DNA of 40,814 nucleotides from Moniliella sp. 'wahieum'. Its lineage: Eukaryota. The stretch spans positions 682,001 to 722,814 of the forward strand of contig RSEE01000029.1 in assembly GCA_003971905.1 (NCBI GenBank). Direction: 5' to 3'. The number at the start of each line of letters is the position of its first letter. Position 1 is the first letter of the stretch. Shown piece after piece: positions 34,046 to 40,814 of this stretch. The position numbers and the translations under genes were made by a program. Below the pieces are notes generated by a model that was not told where the DNA came from, did no database searches, and was given only the letters and a program-made list of their open reading frames with translations.

Positions 34046-36315
34046 ATGCTGCTTCCGCGCCTCGGACGCCCCGCCGCAGCGACTGCCTCCCCCTCCTCCA
34101 CGCGGCCCGCCGCGGCCTCGCTACCACCGCGGCCGATGCGACGGCCCATCGCCGTCGCTATGCCACCGAGGCCAAGTCCACCGGCAAGGAGGCTTCCCTG
34201 CCCGGAAGCAGCAGCAGCAGCCATACGGGCCCTCGCGCCGTGCCCGTCCGGCGCCCAATGCGTACGTGTCCGGTCCAGCCTCGGCCGAGCGCACGGTGCA
34301 CCCCAGCAACCCCCTGGCTCGCCGCCCCTGCCGGTGCTCTATGTCCACAAGCGCGGTGGGGAGGTGCTGGAAGACCCCATCAGCAACTATGGTGCCGCCC
34401 ACAGTCTGGCCGAGCGCGAGCTTCTTGGTCTCAGTCCCTTTCTTCCCAACAGCGTCCACACGCTGGCGACCAGGTCGACCGGGCCTACAACCAATTTAAG
34501 CTGCGCCAGCGCATCGCCAAGTATGGCAACGAGGACGACGGCGACATTATGCAATACACCTACCTCCGTTCTCTCAAGGACCAGAACGCGATCCTGTTCT
34601 ATGCGCTCCTGTGCCGCAACCTGAAGGAAACGCTGCGCATCATCTACACACCCGTGGTGGGTTGCTGCGATCACTAACTATTCGCGCATCTTCCGCCGTC
34701 CCGACGGCACTTATCTCTCCTACCCCGCGTACAAGACAGCCATTGACGAAGCAGGGGGCGACCGTGAGGCGGGACGCAAGTATCTGGAAGATGCAATCAC
34801 TCACTACGGTCACCTTGGACCGGATGATGTGGACTTGCTGACCTGCACGGATAGTGAAGGAATCCTCGGTATTGGCGACCAGGGTATGTCACCCCCCTTT
34901 CCCTTCGATGCTATTTGGGCATGTCGCGAGCCATTTTCCTAACTGTTTGTAAAATCAGGTGTTGGCGGCATCAACATTGCCATCGGCAAAAACACCATCT
35001 ACGCTGTTGGTGGTGGCTTTGACCCCAGCGCACACTCAGCATCGGACTCGATGTGGGTACCAATAATGCTAGCATGCTGGCTGACCCTTGTACCTGGGCT
35101 GGCGCAATCCTCGTTGCGTGGGGCCGAGTAATGATGCGTTCATGGACGATTACACTAGTGTTGCTAGCAAGTGCTTCCCCCATGCTTTGCTTACTATGAA
35201 GACTTTGGCACTCAGAACGCCCACCGTCTGCTGCTCAAGTACCGCCCAAAATACAATGTCTTTTGGGACGACGAGCAGGTTCGTTGGCAATCTCATTGAC
35301 CCTCCTATCACCTGGTTCGCGGCTAACTTTTTTTTTTCGTGCAGGGAACGGCTGCCGTGACACTCGCTGCAGTTCTGTCGGCCGTGAAGGTGACCAAGTC
35401 TACGTTGAAGGACCAGCGATACATTATTTTTGGGGCTGGTACCGCGGGTCTCGGCATTGCAGCTCAAATCCGGGATGCAATTTCCATCCGTCAAGGTCTG
35501 AGCAAGGAAGAGGCCGCCAAGCGTCTTTGGCTGATTGACGGGATGGTTTGTTGGTCAAGGGTGAGGTTGAGCTGCGCGAAGCGCAAGTGCCCTTGCCCGA
35601 GAGAAGGAAGAGGTGGCCAACTGGCCCCGCCCAAGGAGGGACACGGCTTCCCTCTGCTTGAAGTAGTCAAACAGGTCAAGCCTACGGTGCTGATTGGTGT
35701 TTCGGGTCAGGGGGGTGCGTTCACCGAAGCGGTGGTGAGGGAAATGTCGGCCCACTGTGAGCGCCCGCCATCTTGCCCCTCTCCAACCCGTCTCGTCTCT
35801 CCGAGGCTCGGCCGGACGAGATCAATGAATGGTAGCACGGCAAGGCTTTGATCGCGACCGGCTCGCCTTTCCTCCCGTTCCGATCCCCAACTCGACCAAG
35901 ATGTACACAGTGGCCGAATCCAACAATGCACTTGGCTTCCCTGGCTTGGGGGCGGTGTGATCCTAGCCAAGGCGAAGCACTTGACGGACAGCATGATTGT
36001 CGCAGGGGTGGATGCGATTGCGTCGCTCAGCCCGGCGCTCAACGACCCGGACGCGCCCTCTTGCCCGACCTGACGGACATGCGCAACGTTAGCATGAAGG
36101 TCTCTGCTGCCGTGGCGCTGGCAGCCAAGAAGGAGGGCATTGCGCGCGCCGAGAACTTGCCCGACACACTGGAGGAAATGGAGAAGCTTGCGCGGCACCG
36201 TGCCTGGGTGCCGCTGTACCGGGAGCTGCGCCCGGGCTGCGGAGCAGTGGTAAACTTTGCTAGCATTGCAACTCTTATCCTTGCCGTGCAGTCGCTGTGC
36301 TGCTGGCTCGTATGA
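34046..36315 (+). CDS. MAE1: Malic enzyme, probably mitochondrial (Mae1-like)
   Basis: Arg/Ala/Ser-rich presequence-like N-terminus; LRIIYTP; TDSEGILGIGDQGVGGINIAIGK; LDVGTNN; YEDFG; DDEQGTAAV; IFGAGTAGLGIA; KPTVLIGVSG.GGAFTE; IATGSPF; ALLPDL. Introns 34884-34958 and 35279-35344. 3' end approximate. Confidence 0.94.
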
Positions 36316-36760
36316 TTTTCTTTTGTCATTGCTGCTTTCATTGTCGCTGGCCCCTCCCTCGCTGTATGGTGTTTGCGATATACTCGTCGTGGTATTTTTC
36401 TTTGCGCCGCCACTAGTTACTGTTAATGCTTCAGGCCTGCTGTGGCTGTATCCATCGTGTGGCATCACAACATAATGCGGCACGGCCAGAGAAGGCGTGC
36501 TCTGCGCTAAAGACACGGTGAGGCATGTAGGCGTCTACCCAGACGCAGCTTCTCACCTGGGGGAGATCCATGGAGGGGTTTGAATGGACGGGACGGGGAC
36601 GGGCAGGAACCCTAGTGCTGCTGGGCCAACCCTACTGCGGCGGCAGCTGATGTGGTGCAGCTCCGCTGCAGCGGCCTCGTCCGGGTGGGAAGATGGGTTG
36701 ATTAATTCGGCGCTCCTCTGCGCGCCGCCCGCAGCCTCCATCGCCGGTCCCTCCTCTGCG

Positions 36761-37936
36761 ATGCTGATTGTGCCGGTGGGTGCAGCCTGTGCGGGCACAT
36801 CGGCGCTCGCCGCGTATCTGCAGCAGCACGAGCGCTTCCAGCCCGTCGCCATCCGCAGCGCCGCCCGCGACCCCGCCGCCCGCCGCCCCCCGTCCTCCCC
36901 TTCACCTCCCCCGCCCCCCTCCTCGTCTTCGCCACGCCGCCGCCCTGCTGACCACATCACCGCCCACTGGGACCAGCGCTTTGTATGGACCACCGACTGG
37001 CCCACGCCGGCGCCGCAGGCAGACCCCGCCTCTTCTCCGCTTTGACCAGCTCGACCCCCCCACCCAGGCCGCCTTCCGCAAACGGCCCTCCTTCCTCCTC
37101 GTCGCCGTCCAGGCCCCACGGGTGTCCGGTGGAGCGCCACGTCCAGCGCCTTCCCAGCCCACCCACATCCATGCAGGCATGGATCGAGGCTGATGACCAG
37201 CGCCTGTACGCCCACGCCCCCGACGTTCTTCCAACCTGGGGCGTCGTCCGTCCCGATGGCGCTGGCGTGCATACTCAAACACCATCTGGGCCGAGGACAC
37301 CGTGCGCAAGTGGCAGTGGCTCGGGGCTGCTGGCGCTGATGAGCAGCGCTGACGTTACGATGCTTAACCCGTATGCGACATTGGAAGAATTTGAGAGGGT
37401 CTGTGTCGAGGCCCAACTCACCTCGCCCCACCGCTTCCGCCCGCCGTGGGACAGCTACTTTTTGTCGCTGTGCACCTTGGCTGCCGCCCGGTCCAACTGC
37501 ATGAACACGACGGGTGGGATGTGTTTTGGTGCGCGATAAGCGGTCTTGTCCACCGGATACAACGGCACTCCGCGCGGTGTGCGCAACTGTGCCGAGGGCG
37601 GATGTGGCCGGTGCAACCAGTCGGCCAGCATGGGCGCCGGCCTGACCGAGTGCCTCTGCCTCCACGCAGAAGAGAATGCACTGTTAGAATGCGGACGGGA
37701 AAAGGGTGGGCGGTGGGCACGGTACTGTATTGCAACACGTACGTTGACCTTTCTGCTCGAAGTGGTGGTACTGACCGTAGAACAACAGCTGCCCTTGCCT
37801 CCTGTGTGCCGTCAAGATCGTCCAGTGGGTGTGAAGAGAGGTGGTGTACGAACAGGCCTACGGTATGGACGGACGCTCGGCTGCTCTCTTCAAAGAGGCT
37901 GGCATTGTGTTCCGGCAGTGCCAACTGGGTGTCTAG
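36761..37936 (+). CDS. DCD1: dCMP deaminase
   Basis: RPPWDSYFLSLCTLAAARSNCM; STGYNGTPRGVRNC; CLCLHAEENALLE; TCPCLLCAVKIVQ (intron 37739-37788); N-terminal P-loop-like domain with TAHW..RFV.T and RKRPSFLLVAV; stop TAG 37934-37936. Confidence 0.95.
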
Positions 37937-38180
37937 CTCGGACTTTTTTGGCTATACGGCAGAGAAAGGGGGCGGACAAACTCATTTTTTGTTTTATTGT
38001 TTCCTCCCCTCGAGCGTGAAGGAGTCGGGGAATGACAAATCATGCAACGAGGAGGTGGTTCCAGCTGAAGACCTTACCTGTTGAAACTGAGAAAGGGAAA
38101 CCAATTTTCCACCTCACTAACGCCCGCCAATAATCGTCGCCCCATCTGCGTAATAATACAGGACTGTCTCTGTCCCTTCT

Positions 38181-38220
38181 GGGATTAAGCCTTCGGTTAA
38201 GCCTTCGGGGATTAAGCTTT
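38181..38220 (+). repeat. Short direct repeats (TTAAGCCTTCGG)x2 flanked by GGGATTAAGC copies
   Basis: gggattaagccttcggttaagccttcggggattaagc read directly, between two convergent 3' ends. Confidence 0.8.
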
Positions 38221-38472
38221 AAAGAGAGGCAGGTGAAGCTTGAAGGAGAAGGTACTAGTAAAGCCGGCTGGTCGCTTGCTTCTAATGCATTCTATAGAGG
38301 AACACGCGGATCGATGTAGGTAAAAAGAAGGGTCGTGAGCAGTGTATTTTGACACACAAAAGCTGTGATCCGTTAAGAGACCACAAGAAACGAAAGCACT
38401 TTTTGCGGCCGGAGCCATAGGGGGGGGAAAGGGAAACAAAACCAGGAGATCGTAAAAGAGACGAAGCTGCGG

Positions 38473-40748
38473 TTAATGCATCAGCGCCACGTGACTGGTT
38501 GACGGAGAGTAGAAAGAAAGAGAAAAGTATCGACCAGAAGGATACTGTTGTTTTGTCCAAAAGAGGACGCGACAAGACGGTGTACGCGTTAGTAGTGTGT
38601 GGTGTACAAGAGGCGCGATCGTGTCCCATCCCTTGCCTTCGACCTGGGCAGAGCCATTCTCGACGAACACCTTCATACGGTGCTGGTTGGTGGCGGGGTA
38701 GATGCGCGAGGTAAGAGAGTGACGGCCGTTGACAAAGACTTGCAACACAGAGTGGTCAAGCAGCACCTTGAGGTCAAGGGTCTCCCAGCCGTCGGGGTGA
38801 GAGAAGAGCATCAGGGGACCGCGTCGGGCGAGGAGTCATAGTCAGCTTGCTGCTGGGCATGAAAGTCTCGTTCCATCCTTGAGTCATGTCCTTGGGAAGG
38901 TCATAGACATGGGACTTGCTGCGGTCGACGATGAGCTGCGAAGTGTTCATGTCGAGCTCAATGCGCGTCTCGCGAGGCTGATTCGGGTTACGGAGAAGTT
39001 CCTGGGGGCAGTCGAGCCAGGGTTGACATGCTCGATCACGAAGCCGACCTTGCAGGGAAGCTCCGAGCCGAACTTGAACGTGCTGTGGAAGAGGACGTTG
39101 GAAGGCAAGACGTGGGGCGCAAATGCCTTCTCGCCATTCAGCTGGGTCGAGGGAACTGCCAGTTGCGCTGCGCCTTCGACTTGAGACCCTTCCACACGCC
39201 CGGGTGCGGACGAACGGCGAGCAGGCTGAACTCGCCCTTCTCTGCAGAGGCACGACCAAGCCAGTAGCAGCAAACGTCCTTAGAGATGAGCGAGCCAGTC
39301 ACGTCACAACCACTTGCTGGTACACTCGGTCGCAAGGCCAAGAGTGCCCGCCCAGCCTTGAGCCCGACGCTGGGCAACCGTGAAGCTGTCGTCGTTGACC
39401 CTGTGGGGATAATTTGTCGTGGTCAATAAAAGAACAGCAAAAAGGACAGTCACGACGATCAAGGGAGAAAGTACGTACCCAAGAGAAGCTGCATCTGGGT
39501 GGCGTGTCGTAAAACGTGTTGAGCGCATAGAGACTTCCGAGATCGACCGGCCCGCTGGCGAGGGCTCCAAGAGGGACTTGCGGGGTAGTAACGTTGAAGC
39601 CGGCGGGAGGAACCTGAGGAAGAGAGGGTTTGAGCGCGAACAGCAGCGAGTGGCACAGTGTGGCGGGCACAGACGTAGGAAGCCAAGCAGAGTCCCTTCA
39701 GCGCCGAGCATCATGAAAGCCATGTCCTTTTCGACGCCCGTAGCGGGGTATTCCGTGCCATTCGCCCACCGCCGGTCCAAGCGAGGCAGCACCGACGGCA
39801 TCTCAAAGTTGGTGCCGAGACCAGCGTTGTGGGTGCCAATGGTAGCGTTGATGCTGACATGGGGCATCAGCCCGACGTAGGTCCAGTTGGTGATGACGGG
39901 CGCATCGCACTGCGGCTGGGTCGCCAGGGTGAAGAGGTAGCAAGCAGGACCGTCGTTGTGCAGACCACCGCAAAGGATGCCGAACCAGTTGCTCGAGAGG
40001 TTGAGGTGCTTGGCGAGCACAGGCCAGTCGAAGACGAATGGGTCGCGGAAGCCCGTGGCACGGGAAAGGCGCTCTCCACCGGGGGCCATGTGGTCCGGGT
40101 AGCCATAGTCAAGCTCCCGGGGCGGACCGGGCAGAATGGGGTTCATGTCGTGCTTGGTCCACGTTGCCTTGGTCATCACTCTCAGCCCAAACCAGAGTCT
40201 CGTGGCCGTAGGGGTAGGGCGCGATGTCCCAGTGGATGGGGTATTGAGCCGCACCGGTGTAGAGAGTGAGAATCTTCTGCGGGTCGCGCTGGCAGCCGTT
40301 GTTGGGGTCCAGGACCGGGAGAGCGGTACCGGTGAAGACACCCGAACGGTCCGTGCCCACCTTGGAGGGAGCGAGCGCAAGGTTGGCGCGGCGTACATGC
40401 CGGGAGGGGCAAGGCGCCACTCCAGCATGTCGTCAGAAATGCTGTGGCCCCAGCTTCGTTGGTGCCTCCTGCCTCCGTGTCGAGGGGCGACCACTCGTAG
40501 TAGGCATGGTAGGCCCGCCGGGAGGTGGATGAGGGTGGACGGGTCGTTCATCCACCCATAGGGAGCGGTGAGGACGGTGTCGGGCGGAAAGTGTGGAAAA
40601 GCGGGGCCTTGGGCAGCAAGGCCTCGGCTGCGAGCTGGGTGGCGGCAGTGATGTGCGTGGGCGGATGCCTGGTCTGGTTCGACAGCGGGAGAGCGGCGGC
40701 GGGCGCGGGCCGCCAGTAAGGCGATGGGAGCGAAGAGGCGGGGTGCAT
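38473..40748 (-). CDS. GH32 beta-fructofuranosidase/invertase (fungal fructosyltransferase-like), probably secreted
   Basis: FRP...GWMNDP (nucleophile Asp); WGHSISDDMLEW; VFTG; FRDP; NFEMP (acid/base Glu); YALNTFYD; C-terminal LDLKVLLDHSVLQVFVNGRHSLTSRIYP. Hydrophobic signal-like N-terminus after frame repair. Intron ~39401-39478. True stop may be near 38590. Confidence 0.93.
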
Positions 40749-40814
40749 GGTGGTGGTGGGGGTGAGGAGGGCCTGGGCAGCGCAGTGGTAGACGGGTGGG
40801 GCGGAGACTATTTA

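Noticed and set aside
1034..37665. The many long antisense or alternate-frame ORFs in the track (e.g. 1034-2149, 5192-6175, 10447-11622, 36553-37665)
   Set aside because: They are shadows of GC-rich coding sequence with Arg/Gly/Pro-rich low-complexity translations and no motifs.
6802..37936. Housekeeping genes as pseudogenes or programmed-frameshift genes
   Set aside because: Lesions are mostly homopolymer contractions with catalytic motifs intact, including in AUR1, which is normally essential; sequencing error is far more parsimonious.
3969..40748. A lipid/osmolyte metabolic gene cluster (APP1, GPD1, AUR1, malic enzyme, invertase)
   Set aside because: These are ordinary housekeeping genes interspersed with unrelated ones; no backbone enzyme, transporter or cluster regulator.

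Overview
Eukaryotic, GC-rich fungal genomic DNA, most likely a basidiomycete. The intron-poor genes (about 0-2 short GT-AG introns each) point, by inference, to a yeast-like or smut-like lineage. Housekeeping genes in order: APP1-like phosphatidate phosphatase (+), VPS35 (-), a Rup1/Ucp6-like UBA/UIM protein (+), GPD1 (+), tRNA-Ala(AGC), a Pcl/Pho85-type cyclin (+), intron-containing tRNA-Arg(ACG) (-), AUR1 (+), NDK1 (-), a Set3/Set4-like PHD-SET protein (+), malic enzyme (+), dCMP deaminase (+) and a probably secreted GH32 beta-fructofuranosidase (-). Nearly every gene carries several single-base frameshifts, often in homopolymers. This looks like uncorrected assembly error, so CDS ends are approximate and products were pieced together across frames by eye. 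There are two accessory loci. (1) At 134-2246, an unrecognised N-terminal domain is joined to a Ty1/copia-type integrase with no RT/RNase H. Two of the three DDE positions appear to be His, and the junction is put out of frame by an (AGTTACT)x3 repeat, where one copy would restore an exact in-frame fusion. (2) At about 30970-32335, there is a 5'-truncated, decayed CRE-clade (Cnl1/MoTeR-like) non-LTR retrotransposon at an interstitial site. All assignments come from motif recognition; no database searches were run.
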